Positions 20,101-32,409 of a stretch of DNA of 64,000 nucleotides are shown here, one piece after another (position 1 is the stretch's first letter; each line of letters opens with the position of its first letter). The notes under the pieces are model-generated. The model searched no databases. It was not told the origin of the DNA and was given only the letters and a program-made list of their open reading frames with translations. The DNA comes from a phage. The translations under genes were made by a program, and so were the position numbers. Location of the stretch: the sequence record PZ019085.1, one strand, 5' to 3'.

Positions 20101-21073
20101 TATTTGTGCCAAAAATAAGAACTTCTTCATTTGGACGAATATTTGAATCCGCACGGATAATACGAAGACGCGATTTCTGGTCGCCTTCCCATATACGCCA
20201 TAAACTATTTGAAGCATCAAAAACAAAAAACGCGTCAGAGTCATTTCTGCCTTCGGCAATATGAGTCCCGACTTCACCAATAGACGTTGTATCATCAAAT
20301 GTTTTAACAATTGTATGATACAGTGGGTTTAATCTATCTAAATCGACTAGACTGATTATATCACCATTGTTAGCATTACGTGGAAGTGTAATGTTGATTG
20401 GTGCTGCACTAGTAAAACGACGAACGATAAAATCATTTGCTTGTGCTTGATATGGTGTCGCAGGTGTAACAGTGATTGATTCTTTACCATAATCGGTAAT
20501 ATACATCTGCCACAAACGATTACTAAATACAAACAATAGTTGTGAACGTGGGCGCGTCATTAAAACTGTACGAACTTGTTCACCTCTAAAGTTTAAAATA
20601 CTCTGCACAGACGCGTTAATCTGTACTTTAACTGTCCCGGTTCTTCCACCAATATCAGCCAAAACAACAGTATCACCATCAACCGGCGCATTTGGCAACG
20701 TGAAAACCATATCATTGCCGGCCCCAGTGTTAACCGAAATCGATTCACCTGAAGAAAGTTGATAAGTCCCAGAAGAGACAGTTATCCATTGTGCATCGGT
20801 ACGAACTGCACGCCATTGTAAAAGGTTAAATGCCCCGGAAGGAGACACGATATCATTTATTGCTTGATATAGACGGTTGTCATAAAGAACAACAAATCCT
20901 TTGTTGTATCCACGCGTAGAATCATATACTTGAACGGTGTTTTCTTGTACCAGGAAGTCAACGTTTACGCCATCAGTACCTACTGTACGGTCGGCTAATG
21001 CTACGTTAACAATCTTGTCGCCACCGGCGTCCAGACCGTCTTCGGCTCTGAACTTACGTTTGATGTCGGCCAT
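17198..21073 (-). CDS. 34: Long tail fibre proximal subunit gp34
   Basis: 1291 aa (T4 1289); repeated …TPKKL…ATE…G…IATQ… motifs. Confidence 0.9.
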   Translation of the reverse strand: MADIKRKFRAEDGLDAGGDKIVNVALADRTVGTDGVNVDFLVQENTVQVYDSTRGYNKGFVVLYDNRLYQAINDIVSPSGAFNLLQWRAVRTDAQWITVSSGTYQLSSGESISVNTGAGNDMVFTLPNAPVDGDTVVLADIGGRTGTVKVQINASVQSILNFRGEQVRTVLMTRPRSQLLFVFSNRLWQMYITDYGKESITVTPATPYQAQANDFIVRRFTSAAPINITLPRNANNGDIISLVDLDRLNPLYHTIVKTFDDTTSIGEVGTHIAEGRNDSDAFFVFDASNSLWRIWEGDQKSRLRIIRADSNIRPNEEVLIFGTNNATTGTINLTLPTGILSGDTVKISMNYMRKGQTVKIKAATGDTIASSVALLQFPKRSEYPPDAQWVSVTELEFNGTTSYVPVLELSYIEDTVAGTRYWVVQQNVPTVERVDAGSDATRARLGVIALATQAQANVDLENTPAKEVAITPETLANRTATESRRGIAKIATTAQVNQNSTASFVDDTIVTPKKLNERTATETRRGLAEIATQTETDAGLDDTTIITPKKLQARQGSETLSGIVKYVSTTSATPAETRGTAGTNVYNKTVNNLTISPKALDQYKATYAQQGAVILAVDSEVIAGQSQAGYSHAVVTPETLHKKTSTDGRIGLIEIATQAETNAGTDYTRAVTPKTLNDRRATEGLSGIAEIATQVEFDTGTDDTRISTPLKIKTHFDSSDRTSVNSDSGLIEEGTLWNHYTLDISKANETQRGTLRVATQAESNAGTLDDVLITPKKLLGTKSTETSEGVIKVATRAETVTGTSANTAVSPKNLKWIVQSEPTWAATTAIRGFVKTSSGSITFVGNDTVGSTQNLELYEKNSYAVSPYELNRVLANYLPLKAKAADTNLLDGLDSSQFIRRDIAQTVNGSLTLTQQTNLSAPLVSSSTATFGGSVSANSTLTISNTGTATRLIFEKGPQTGTNPVQTMTIRVWGNQFGGGSDTTRSTVFEVGDETSNHFYSQRNKAGNITFSINGTVMPINVNASGSLNANGVATFGSSVTANGEFISKSANAFRAINGDYGFFIRNDAANTYFMLTASGDQTGGFNGLRPLAINNASGQVTIGESLIIAKGATINSGGLTVNSRIRSQGTKTSDLYTRAPTSDTVGFWSIDINDSATYNQFPGYFKMVEKTNEVTGLPYLERGEEVKSPGTLTQFGNTLDSLYQDWITYPTTPEARTTRWTRTWQKTKNSWSSFVQVFDGGNPPQPSDIGALPSDNATIGNLTIRDFLRIGNVRIIPDPVNKSVKFEWIE

Positions 21074-21103
21074 TCGTTTTTCCTTTATTGTTTCAATAAT
21101 ACT

Positions 21104-21111
21104 TATTTATA
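21104..21111 (-). promoter_or_regulatory. Late promoter (TATAAATA) for gene 34
   Basis: Reverse complement of TATTTATA; ~30 nt upstream of gene 34 start. Confidence 0.65.
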
Positions 21112-21114
21112 CCA

Positions 21115-21147
21115 GTTTACGCTTTCAAATGAGTATGTTACTATAGA
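21115..21147 (+). promoter_or_regulatory. T4-type early promoter upstream of rnh
   Basis: GTTTAC 21115-21120; TACTATAGA 21139-21147. Confidence 0.65.
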
Positions 21148-21176
21148 CAAGTTGACTAACTGAACAAGAGGTTCAT

Positions 21177-22094
21177 ATGGATTTAGAAATGATGTTGGAT
21201 GAAGATTACAAAGAAGGTATTGCACTTGCCGACTTTAGTAACATTGCATTGGCAGCTGCATTAAACAACTTTGAAGATGGCGATAAAATTACTGTTCCGA
21301 TGGTTCGTCATGTAATCTTGAATTCAATTCGTAAAAACGTAGTGATGTTCCGTAAGCAAGGCTATACAAAATTTGTATTGTGTATGGATAATGCTACTTC
21401 AGGTTATTGGCGTCGTGACTTTGCTTACTATTACAAGAAAAATCGTAAAACCGATCGTGAAGCTTCAAAGTGGGATTGGGAAGGATATTTTACTGCACTC
21501 CGTCAAGTTGTTGATGAGATTAAGAAATACATGCCGTACGTTGTAATGGATATTGACAAGTATGAAGCGGATGACCATATTGGTGTATTAACCAAATATT
21601 TGTCATTAGCTGGACATAAGGTATGTATTGTTGCATCAGATGGTGACTTTACACAATTACATAAATATCCTAACGTTAAACAGTGGTCACCACCACAGAA
21701 AAAATGGGTTAAAATTAAGAACGGTTCTGCCGAAATTGATTGCATGACTAAAATTCTTAAAGGCGACCGTAAAGACGGCGTTGCGTCGGTTCGAGTTCGT
21801 GGCGACTTCTGGTTTACTAGAGTTGATGGTGAACGAACTCCGAGCATGAAAACATCAATTATTGAAGCAATTGCTAACGACCGTTCTCAAGCTGAAGTAT
21901 TATTAAGTGCTGAAGAATATAAACGGTATCAAGAAAATTTGGTTCTCATTGATTTTGATTATATCCCTGATAATATTGCTTCAACCATTATAGAGTATTA
22001 TAACTCATATAAACCACAACCTAAAGGCAAGATTTATTCATACTTTGTAAAATCTGGTCTTTCTAAATTAACAAGTGTAATTAATGAATTCTGA
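21177..22094 (+). CDS. rnh: RNase H (5'-3' exonuclease / flap endonuclease)
   Basis: 305 aa (T4 305); similarity to T4 RNase H. Confidence 0.9.
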   Translation: MDLEMMLDEDYKEGIALADFSNIALAAALNNFEDGDKITVPMVRHVILNSIRKNVVMFRKQGYTKFVLCMDNATSGYWRRDFAYYYKKNRKTDREASKWDWEGYFTALRQVVDEIKKYMPYVVMDIDKYEADDHIGVLTKYLSLAGHKVCIVASDGDFTQLHKYPNVKQWSPPQKKWVKIKNGSAEIDCMTKILKGDRKDGVASVRVRGDFWFTRVDGERTPSMKTSIIEAIANDRSQAEVLLSAEEYKRYQENLVLIDFDYIPDNIASTIIEYYNSYKPQPKGKIYSYFVKSGLSKLTSVINEF

Positions 22095-22101
22095 GGTAAA
22101 C

Positions 22102-22371
22102 ATGGCTAAGAAAGAAGCAGTTGAATTTAATCAAGATGTGCATGGTGAAGAACTGGCTAAACTAGTCAAGGAAGCTTCCGATAACAAACTTAAAATTTCT
22201 GGTTATAATGAACTGATTAAAGACATTCGTACTCGTGCTAAAGAAGAGCTTGGCGTCGATGGAAAAATGTTTAATCGTTTGTTAGCTCTTTATCATAAAG
22301 ATGCTCGTGACCAATTTGAAGCTGAAAACGAAGAGGTAGTCGAGCTTTATGACACAGTTTTCACTAAGTGA
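22102..22371 (+). CDS. dsbA: dsDNA-binding protein DsbA (late transcription enhancer)
   Basis: Start set to MAKKE… (89 aa, SD GAGGT); near-identical to T4 DsbA. Confidence 0.8.
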   Translation: MAKKEAVEFNQDVHGEELAKLVKEASDNKLKISGYNELIKDIRTRAKEELGVDGKMFNRLLALYHKDARDQFEAENEEVVELYDTVFTK

Positions 22372-22687
22372 TATTAAACCGGTTGATGAGGCCGGTTTAT
22401 CTGAACAAGAATTAGCAGTAAAACATGATAAAGATGATATCGCTAAATTGCTTGACCGACAAGAAAACGGATTCATTATCGAATCCATGGTTGAACAATT
22501 TGGTATGTCTTATTTAGAAGCAACAACTGCTTTCTTGGAAGAAAATTCTATTCCAGAAACACAATTTGCTAAATTTATTCCTACAGGAATTGTTGAAAAA
22601 ATTACAAGCGAAGCAATTGACGAAAACATGCTTCGCCCATCAGTTGCTCGTGGTGAAAAAACTAATACGTTAGATTTCTTATTATGA
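22349..22687 (+). CDS. 33: Late-promoter transcription accessory protein gp33
   Basis: 112 aa; near-identical to T4 gp33. Confidence 0.9.
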   Translation: MTQFSLSDIKPVDEAGLSEQELAVKHDKDDIAKLLDRQENGFIIESMVEQFGMSYLEATTAFLEENSIPETQFAKFIPTGIVEKITSEAIDENMLRPSVARGEKTNTLDFLL

Positions 22688-23337
22688 TTAAAATACGCAT
22701 GCCTCCTGATGGAGAACGTTATATTAACGGAAAATCGGTATACAAACTATACTTGATGTGCAAACAACATTTTAATGGTCGGTATGACGTAATCAAATAT
22801 AACTGGTGCATGCGTGTTTCGGATAATGCGTATCAAAAACGCCGAGATAAATATTTCTTTGAAAAACTAGCAGAGAAATATAAATTGAAGGAACTCACCT
22901 TGATATTCATAAGCAACTTAGTTGCTAACCAAGACGCATGGATTGGTGAGATATCAGACGCTGATGCATTAGTTTTCTATAGGGAATATATTGGACGTCT
23001 CAAACAAGCCAAGGAGACGTTTGCTGAAGATGTACGTAACATCTACTATTTCAGTAAGAAAGTTGAAGTTAGTGCGCTTCAAGAGATATTTGATTATAAT
23101 AACAACGTTCAGTCGAGCTACATATTCAAATTGCTACAAAGCAATATAATTTCATTTGAGACTTTCTTATTGTTGGACTCATTTTTGAATATTATAGATA
23201 AGCACGACGAACTCACCGATAATTTAGTCTGGCAAAATTATTCTACCAAATTAAAGGCATATCGAAAAATACTTCAAATCGATGTAAATGCTGCTAAGAA
23301 ATTGTTCATAGAAACAATCAAATCATGTAAGTATTAA
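22684..23337 (+). CDS. 59: Helicase loader gp59
   Basis: 217 aa; near-identical to T4 gp59. Confidence 0.9.
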   Translation: MIKIRMPPDGERYINGKSVYKLYLMCKQHFNGRYDVIKYNWCMRVSDNAYQKRRDKYFFEKLAEKYKLKELTLIFISNLVANQDAWIGEISDADALVFYREYIGRLKQAKETFAEDVRNIYYFSKKVEVSALQEIFDYNNNVQSSYIFKLLQSNIISFETFLLLDSFLNIIDKHDELTDNLVWQNYSTKLKAYRKILQIDVNAAKKLFIETIKSCKY

Positions 23338-23366
23338 GCTTTATTTCTTGTGTGTTAAAATTACTT

Positions 23367-23374
23367 TATAAATA
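23367..23374 (+). promoter_or_regulatory. Late promoter (TATAAATA) upstream of gene 32
   Basis: Exact TATAAATA. Confidence 0.55.
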
Positions 23375-23385
23375 AATCATACCAG

Positions 23386-23452
23386 CTACGAGGTATAAGT
23401 GTCGTAGCAACCAACTGTAAATAAATTAAATAATCTAAATAAAAGGTAATAA
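23386..23452 (+). promoter_or_regulatory. Gene 32 autoregulatory translational operator (stem-loop/pseudoknot plus A/U-rich tract)
   Basis: CTACG…CGTAG stem (23386-23390 / 23403-23407) then A/T-rich unstructured tract up to the SD; matches T4 gene 32 leader architecture. Confidence 0.55.
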
Positions 23453-23455
23453 TCC

Positions 23456-24355
23456 ATGTTTAAACGTAAATCTACTGCTGACCTCGCTGCTCAAATGGCT
23501 AAACTGAATGGTAACAAAGGTTTCTCTTCAGAAGATAAAGGCGAATGGAAGCTGAAGCTAGATGCATCCGGTAATGGTCAAGCGGTAATTCGTTTCTTGC
23601 CAGCAAAAACTGATGATGCACTACCATTTGCAATTCTTGTTAACCACGGTTTCAAGAAAAATGGTAAATGGTATATTGAAAATTGCTCTTCTACACATGG
23701 TGATTATGACTCTTGTCCTGTATGTCAGTACATTAGTAAAAATGACCTGTACAATACTAACAAAACTGAATATTCTCAACTGAAACGTAAAACTTCTTAT
23801 TGGGCTAATATTCTGGTTGTTAAAGACCCTCAAGCTCCAGATAATGAAGGTAAAGTATTTAAATATCGTTTCGGTAAAAAGATTTGGGACAAAATCAATG
23901 CAATGATTGCTGTTGATACCGAAATGGGTGAAACTCCAGTTGATGTTACTTGTCCGTTTGAAGGTGCTAACTTCGTTCTGAAAGCTAAGCAGGTTTCTGG
24001 TTTTAGCAACTATGACGAATCTAAATTCTTGGGTCAATCTGAAATTCCTCGTATTAATGACGAAGCATTCCAGAAAGAACTATATGACCAGATGGTAGAC
24101 CTTACTACTTTGACGGCTAAAGACCAGTTTAAATCCTTTGAAAAATTAAATGAATCTTTCGCTAAGGTTCTTGGTACTGCCGCTCTTGGTGGTGCAGCAG
24201 CCGCAGCAGCTTCTGTTGCAGATAAAGTTGCTTCTGACCTTGACGATTTTGATAAAGACATGGAAGCCTTTAGTTCTGCAAAAACTGAAGATGACTTCAT
24301 GAGTTCCTCGTCTTCTGACGATGGCGACCTCGATGACCTGTTAGCCGGTCTATAA
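23456..24355 (+). CDS. 32: Single-stranded DNA-binding protein gp32
   Basis: 299 aa; N-terminus MFKRKSTA…LAAQ… and acidic C-tail as T4 gp32. Confidence 0.95.
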   Translation: MFKRKSTADLAAQMAKLNGNKGFSSEDKGEWKLKLDASGNGQAVIRFLPAKTDDALPFAILVNHGFKKNGKWYIENCSSTHGDYDSCPVCQYISKNDLYNTNKTEYSQLKRKTSYWANILVVKDPQAPDNEGKVFKYRFGKKIWDKINAMIAVDTEMGETPVDVTCPFEGANFVLKAKQVSGFSNYDESKFLGQSEIPRINDEAFQKELYDQMVDLTTLTAKDQFKSFEKLNESFAKVLGTAALGGAAAAAASVADKVASDLDDFDKDMEAFSSAKTEDDFMSSSSSDDGDLDDLLAGL

Positions 24356-24361
24356 TAAATC

Positions 24362-24383
24362 GGGAGACTTCGGTCTCCCTTTT
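24362..24383 (+). terminator. Intrinsic terminator after gene 32 (GGGAGAC-UUCG-GUCUCCC + T4)
   Basis: Stem-loop plus T-run. Confidence 0.75.
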
Positions 24384-24411
24384 GAGTATCTGTAAATTGC
24401 CAAAAAAAGTT

Positions 24412-24443
24412 GTTTACTTTTCCTTTAAACATGATACTATAGA
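24412..24443 (+). promoter_or_regulatory. T4-type early promoter
   Basis: GTTTAC 24412-24417; TACTATAGA 24435-24443. Confidence 0.65.
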
Positions 24444-24470
24444 CTTATCAACAAATTAGAGGAAAATAAA

Positions 24471-24722
24471 ATGATTTTTATTATTCAAAGAAGTATGGAT
24501 TACTGCGGTAGCAAAAACGTTGCAGCTTTCACTGACCCAGTTGCGACATACAATGAATGCCTGAAGCCGGAAAACGTAGCATGTATTTCGTCTGATTACG
24601 AAGCTCTTATCGTACAGATGTTCTATTCTTCGGGTGATAATCATGCAGTTCGCATTAAAGAAGAACACCTAGAATCATATGAGACGTTTGCAGAATCTTT
24701 ATTACAACACATCAACAAATGA
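24471..24722 (+). CDS. Hypothetical protein (frd.3 position)
   Basis: 83-aa ORF after early promoter 24412..24443. Confidence 0.5.
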   Translation: MIFIIQRSMDYCGSKNVAAFTDPVATYNECLKPENVACISSDYEALIVQMFYSSGDNHAVRIKEEHLESYETFAESLLQHINK

Positions 24723-24732
24723 GGAAATCAAA

Positions 24733-25137
24733 ATGGAAATCGGAAAATCTTATATCATTAACCCTTTGTTTAAAGACGACTTTGTTCAAGAAGCACCACA
24801 CAATAATGCTAAGATGTTAAAATTGATTGAGCTCCATGGGCCTAGTTTTGTTGTAAATGGAATGGAACCTGATTATGATGGCGATACGCCAAACGTAGTA
24901 AGTGTAACCATGGAAGACGGTACTGTATGTTCTGCTGGTGGTGAAATTGAAACTTATTTTGAGATTTATCCTGACGAGTTCAAATACTTTATTGAGTACT
25001 TTACTGAGGTAGATTTAGTAAAACCTCAACCTACTAACGAAGGTATAACTTTAGGTGTAACAAAAATCCATTGTATCGTAGATGAAACCAACGTCGACGA
25101 AATCATCAAACTTTTGCAAAAAACTTTTAAAAAGTAG
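24733..25137 (+). CDS. Hypothetical protein (frd.2 position)
   Basis: Internal ATG 24733 with GAGGAAA SD; 134 aa. Confidence 0.5.
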   Translation: MEIGKSYIINPLFKDDFVQEAPHNNAKMLKLIELHGPSFVVNGMEPDYDGDTPNVVSVTMEDGTVCSAGGEIETYFEIYPDEFKYFIEYFTEVDLVKPQPTNEGITLGVTKIHCIVDETNVDEIIKLLQKTFKK

Positions 25138-25166
25138 TTTACAACAAGATAGGGCTATGTTATAGT
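25137..25166 (+). promoter_or_regulatory. T4-type early promoter
   Basis: GTTTAC 25137-25142; TATAGT 25161-25166. Confidence 0.7.
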
Positions 25167-25200
25167 AGTCCTATCAAATAAAAGTGAAGAGGAGAATAAA

Positions 25201-26896
<1,696 letters not shown>

Positions 26897-26897
26897 A

Positions 26898-27152
26898 ATG
26901 ATTTTACGTTTTATTAATTCATATGGCACCACAATTTTTGAAATGAAAAATCCAAGTGAACTGGATATACCTTCACCGAATAGTGAAATCACAGTTAAAG
27001 GTGAACGATTCATTTGCTATTCACACGAACGAATTTATGACTATCGTGAATTTTGTGGTGGTTACGGTATAGAAAAAGAACCGTTGGTTTATTTCGATAT
27101 CACAGTCTTGACACCTAAAGAATACAAAGAAATTATTGCTGAGAATAATTAA
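26898..27152 (+). CDS. Hypothetical protein
   Basis: 84-aa ORF between td and nrdA. Confidence 0.5.
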   Translation: MILRFINSYGTTIFEMKNPSELDIPSPNSEITVKGERFICYSHERIYDYREFCGGYGIEKEPLVYFDITVLTPKEYKEIIAENN

Positions 27153-27183
27153 CGCTTCAGTTTAAAAGTGTATAATAAATTAA

Positions 27184-27202
27184 CGGGATAAATACTATCC
27201 CG
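27184..27202 (+). other. Stem-loop in nrdA 5' leader
   Basis: CGGGATA-aatac-TATCCCG inverted repeat. Confidence 0.3.
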
Positions 27203-27239
27203 TTTGGAGTAATGTTTATCAACCTATACTGAGGAATAT

Positions 27240-29495
27240 ATGCAAGTAACTAAGAGCAGTGGTGTATCCCAAAATTTTGATGCACAGAAAATTATTCAAG
27301 TCTTAACTTGGCAATGTGAAGGAACACAAATTGACCCATATGAATTGTACGAAGAAATTAAAACCCATCTTGTCGATGGGATGAGCACCAAAGATATTCA
27401 GAAGATTTGTATTAAAGTTGCAGCTAACTCGATTTCTGTCGAAGAACCTGATTATCAGTATGTCGCCGCCAAAGGGCTAATGTTTGCACTTCGTAAAGAT
27501 GTATACGGACAGTTTGAACCTCCTGCTTTTATCGACCATATCTCGTATTGTGTTAATGAAGGCAAATACGATCCTGAGTTGTTGTCTAGATATTCTGCAG
27601 AAGAAATCATTTATCTTGATTCTCGGATTAAACATGAGCGAGATTTTGACCTGACTTATGCTGGTGCTATGCAGCTTAAAGAAAAATATCTAGTTAAAGA
27701 TAAAACAACTGGGAAGATTTATGAAACTCCTCAGTTTGCTATCATGGCTATTGGCATGGCCTTACACCAAGACGAAACTCATGACCGTTTGAAACATATT
27801 ATTCGTTTTTATGATGCCGTTTCTACTCATCAAGTTTCATTGCCTACCCCAATTATGGCAGGTGCTCGTACTCCGACTCGCCAGTTCTCTAGTTGTGTAG
27901 TTATTGAAGCAGGTGATTCGTTAAAATCTATTAACAAAACTTCAGCATCAATTATTGAATATATTTCTAAACGAGCTGGCATCGGTATCAACGTTGGTAT
28001 GCTTCGTGCAGAAGGTTCTAAGATCGGTATGGGTGAAGTTCGACATACGGGTGTTATTCCATTCTGGAAACATTTCCAAACTGCAGTAAAATCTTGTTCT
28101 CAAGGTGGTATTCGCGGTGGTGCTGCTACAGCATATTATCCGATGTGGCACTTAGAAGTAGAGAACCTATTAGTTCTGAAAAATAACAAAGGTGTGGATG
28201 AAAACCGTATTCGACATATGGACTACGGAATTCAGATTAATGACCTCATGATGGAACGCCTTGGTAAAAATGATTATATTACTTTATTTAGCCCTCACGA
28301 AATGTCAGGCGAACTATACTACTCGTTCTTTGAAGATCAAGATAAATTCCGTGAGCTTTATGAGAAAGCTGAAAAAGACCCAACAATCAGAAAGAAAAGA
28401 ATCAAAGCACTAGAACTCTTTGAATTGTTCATGACTGAACGTTCTGGTACTGCTCGAATTTATCCACAGTTTGTTGATAACACGAACAACTACACTCCAT
28501 TTATTCGTGAAAAGGCTCCAATTCGTCAGAGTAACTTATGTTGTGAAATCGCTATTCCGACTAATGATGTGAATGGTCCTGATGCTGAAATTGGTTTATG
28601 CACATTATCTGCTTTTGTATTAGATAAATTTGATTGGCAAGACCAAGATAAAATTAATGAACTTGCTGAAGTACAAGTACGTGCACTTGATAATCTGTTA
28701 GACTATCAAGATTATCCGGTTCCAGAAGCTTTAAAAGCCAAAAAGCGTCGTAATCTTGGTGTTGGTGTTACGAACTATGCTGCATGGTTAGCTTCTAACT
28801 TCGCTTCATATGAAGACGCTAACGATTTGACTCATGAATTGTTTGAGAGATTGCAATATGGCCTTATCAAAGCTTCAATCAAACTCGCCAAAGAAAAAGG
28901 ATGTTGCGAGTATTATTCAGACACTAAATGGTCTAGAGGCGAATTACCTATCGACTGGTACAATAAAAAGATTGACCAAATCGCAGCCCCGAACTACGTA
29001 TGTGATTGGGAAGAACTTCGAGCTGAACTCAAAGAACACGGAATTCGTAACTCAACGTTGTCTGCACTCATGCCTTGTGAGTCAAGCAGTCAAGTATCGA
29101 ACTCTACAAATGGGATTGAACCGCCGCGTGGTCCAGTGAGTATTAAAGAATCTAAAGAAGGCAACTTCCGTCAGGTTGTTCCTAATATAGAACATAACAT
29201 GAGTCTTTACGACTACGCGTGGAAACTTGCTAAGAAAGGTAATAAACCTTATTTGACCCAAGTTGCTATCATGTTGAAATGGGTGTGCCAATCTGCTTCT
29301 GCTAATACTTACTATGACCCTGCAGTATTTGAGAAAGGTAAAGTGCCAATGTCGGTAATGCTTGACGATCTGCTTTACTTCTGGTACTTTGGCGGAAAAA
29401 ACCTCTACTATCATAACACTCGTGATGGGTCAGGTACAGATGACTATGAATTAGAAACACCTAAAGCTGAAGATTGTTCTGCTTGTAAGCTTTAA
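27240..29495 (+). CDS. nrdA: Aerobic ribonucleotide reductase large subunit
   Basis: 751 aa (T4 754); class Ia RNR. Confidence 0.95.
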   Translation: MQVTKSSGVSQNFDAQKIIQVLTWQCEGTQIDPYELYEEIKTHLVDGMSTKDIQKICIKVAANSISVEEPDYQYVAAKGLMFALRKDVYGQFEPPAFIDHISYCVNEGKYDPELLSRYSAEEIIYLDSRIKHERDFDLTYAGAMQLKEKYLVKDKTTGKIYETPQFAIMAIGMALHQDETHDRLKHIIRFYDAVSTHQVSLPTPIMAGARTPTRQFSSCVVIEAGDSLKSINKTSASIIEYISKRAGIGINVGMLRAEGSKIGMGEVRHTGVIPFWKHFQTAVKSCSQGGIRGGAATAYYPMWHLEVENLLVLKNNKGVDENRIRHMDYGIQINDLMMERLGKNDYITLFSPHEMSGELYYSFFEDQDKFRELYEKAEKDPTIRKKRIKALELFELFMTERSGTARIYPQFVDNTNNYTPFIREKAPIRQSNLCCEIAIPTNDVNGPDAEIGLCTLSAFVLDKFDWQDQDKINELAEVQVRALDNLLDYQDYPVPEALKAKKRRNLGVGVTNYAAWLASNFASYEDANDLTHELFERLQYGLIKASIKLAKEKGCCEYYSDTKWSRGELPIDWYNKKIDQIAAPNYVCDWEELRAELKEHGIRNSTLSALMPCESSSQVSNSTNGIEPPRGPVSIKESKEGNFRQVVPNIEHNMSLYDYAWKLAKKGNKPYLTQVAIMLKWVCQSASANTYYDPAVFEKGKVPMSVMLDDLLYFWYFGGKNLYYHNTRDGSGTDDYELETPKAEDCSACKL

Positions 29496-29550
29496 GACTT
29501 TTGATTATAATTTACTCATGGATGAGTTAATAACTAAGTGAGAAAATATA

Positions 29551-30729
29551 ATGAGTACAGTTTTTAACACGCAACAAGTCGATGTTTTGAATGAACCGAT
29601 GTTCTTTGGTTCTGGTCTTGGCCTCGCACGTTATGATATTCAGCGTCATAAAGTTTTTGAAGAACTTATAGAAAAATCCTTATCATTTTTCTGGCGTCCC
29701 GAAGAGGTAAACTTGATGTTGGACTCTGCGCAGTTCAATAAGCTTCCTCAGTTCCAACAGGACATCTTTACAAACAATCTTAAGTATCAATCATTATTAG
29801 ATTCTATCCAAGGCAGAGCCCCATCTGCGGTACTTATGGCACTGATTTCCGACCCTTCATTAGATACGTGGGTTGCAACATGGACATTCAGTGAAACTAT
29901 TCACTCTCGTTCGTACACTCATATTATGCGAAATCTTTATACCGATCCATCCAAAGTATTTGATGAGATTGTATTAGACGAAGCAATCATGAAACGAGCT
30001 GAATCCATTGGACGTTATTATGATGACGTTCTGATTAAAACCCGTGAATGGGAAAATGCTAAAGAAATTTTTAAATGTTTTTCCGAAAATGAATATGATT
30101 TAGATGCGTATTCAAATAGTCTTATGCACATGGAAGAATGTAAACATGACCTAATGAAGTCTCTTTATCTCTGTTTGCATGTTATCAACGCCTTAGAAGC
30201 TATTCGTTTTTACGTATCATTTGCATGTACTTTCAACTTCCATAAAAATATGGAAATTATGGAAGGTAATGCAAAGATTATGAAGTTCATTGCTCGTGAC
30301 GAACAACTCCATCTCAAGGGTACTCAGTACATTATCCGTCAACTTCAATCTGGTACTGACGGTGATGAGTGGGTTCAAATTGCTAAAGAATGTGAACAAG
30401 AAGCAGTTGACATTTTTATGGAAGTAAATAGTCAAGAGAAGGAATGGGCTGCACACCTCTTTAAAGATGGTACATGTCCAGGTATCAATACGCAGAGTAT
30501 GTGTGCTTTTGTTGATTACTTGACTGTGTCTCGTATGAAACAGTGTGGTTTGCCATGCCCAATCACTGATGCTCCGACCAAGCATCCGTATCCTTGGATT
30601 CGTGAATATCTGAACTCCGATTTAGTTCAAGCAGCTCCTCAGGAAGTTGAAATCAGTTCTTATCTTGTCGCACAAATTGATAATGATGTAGACCAAAATG
30701 TAATCAATTCATACAAAAAATATTTCTAA
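29551..30729 (+). CDS. nrdB: Aerobic ribonucleotide reductase small subunit (uninterrupted, no intron)
   Basis: 392 aa continuous ORF (T4 388, intron-containing in T4). Confidence 0.95.
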   Translation: MSTVFNTQQVDVLNEPMFFGSGLGLARYDIQRHKVFEELIEKSLSFFWRPEEVNLMLDSAQFNKLPQFQQDIFTNNLKYQSLLDSIQGRAPSAVLMALISDPSLDTWVATWTFSETIHSRSYTHIMRNLYTDPSKVFDEIVLDEAIMKRAESIGRYYDDVLIKTREWENAKEIFKCFSENEYDLDAYSNSLMHMEECKHDLMKSLYLCLHVINALEAIRFYVSFACTFNFHKNMEIMEGNAKIMKFIARDEQLHLKGTQYIIRQLQSGTDGDEWVQIAKECEQEAVDIFMEVNSQEKEWAAHLFKDGTCPGINTQSMCAFVDYLTVSRMKQCGLPCPITDAPTKHPYPWIREYLNSDLVQAAPQEVEISSYLVAQIDNDVDQNVINSYKKYF

Positions 30730-30733
30730 GGAC

Positions 30734-30747
30734 GGGACTTCGGTCCC
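30734..30747 (+). other. UUCG tetraloop hairpin after nrdB (no T-run)
   Basis: GGGAC-TTCG-GTCCC. Confidence 0.45.
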
Positions 30748-30755
30748 ACTTTATT

Positions 30756-31166
30756 ATGAAAGATATTGCCGCCGAATATTCCTTTATTAAATATACAGAA
30801 TTGGAGCTATTAGAAGATGCAACAATTAAAACAGTTGATGTCCCTAATAAGAAAAATGTCATATATGCTATTGCTATAGATGACGAACTTGTGTATATTG
30901 GTAAAACCAAGAATTTAAAGAAACGCATTAACTATTATCGAACAGCCATAAATCGAAAAGACCAGACTTCAGATTCAAGAAAATCACTTATGATTTTGGA
31001 TGCCTTAATGCAAGGCAAAAAGGTTGAATTCTGGGCCCGCCAATGTTTTGACCTTTCAGTCACCAACGAACTTGGTTCAATGACCATCGCAACAATGGAC
31101 CTTGAAGAACCGCTTTTTATCAAAAAGTTCAACCCGCCTTGGAATATCCAACATAAGAAAAAGTAG
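30756..31166 (+). CDS. denA: Endonuclease II (GIY-YIG family)
   Basis: 136 aa (T4 136); GIY-YIG-like motif …VYIGKTKNLKKRINYY…; position after nrdB. Confidence 0.8.
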   Translation: MKDIAAEYSFIKYTELELLEDATIKTVDVPNKKNVIYAIAIDDELVYIGKTKNLKKRINYYRTAINRKDQTSDSRKSLMILDALMQGKKVEFWARQCFDLSVTNELGSMTIATMDLEEPLFIKKFNPPWNIQHKKK

Positions 31167-31195
31167 TTTACACACCACAAGGATTGTGGTACAAT
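31166..31195 (+). promoter_or_regulatory. T4-type early promoter upstream of rnlA
   Basis: GTTTAC 31166-31171; TACAAT 31190-31195. Confidence 0.65.
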
Positions 31196-31213
31196 TTAAA
31201 AAAAACTAACTGA

Positions 31214-32347
<1,134 letters not shown>

Positions 32348-32409
32348 TGGTTTACAAACACCAAGGAAGGTGTTACTATGGTTTTTATCAACAACACGAG
32401 GAGAAAATT

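Noticed and set aside
27151-27176. Possible MotA-type promoter upstream of nrdA (CGCTTCA … TATAAT)
   Set aside because: The box has C instead of the conserved T (TGCTT) and the spacing is ~2 bp short; too weak to call.
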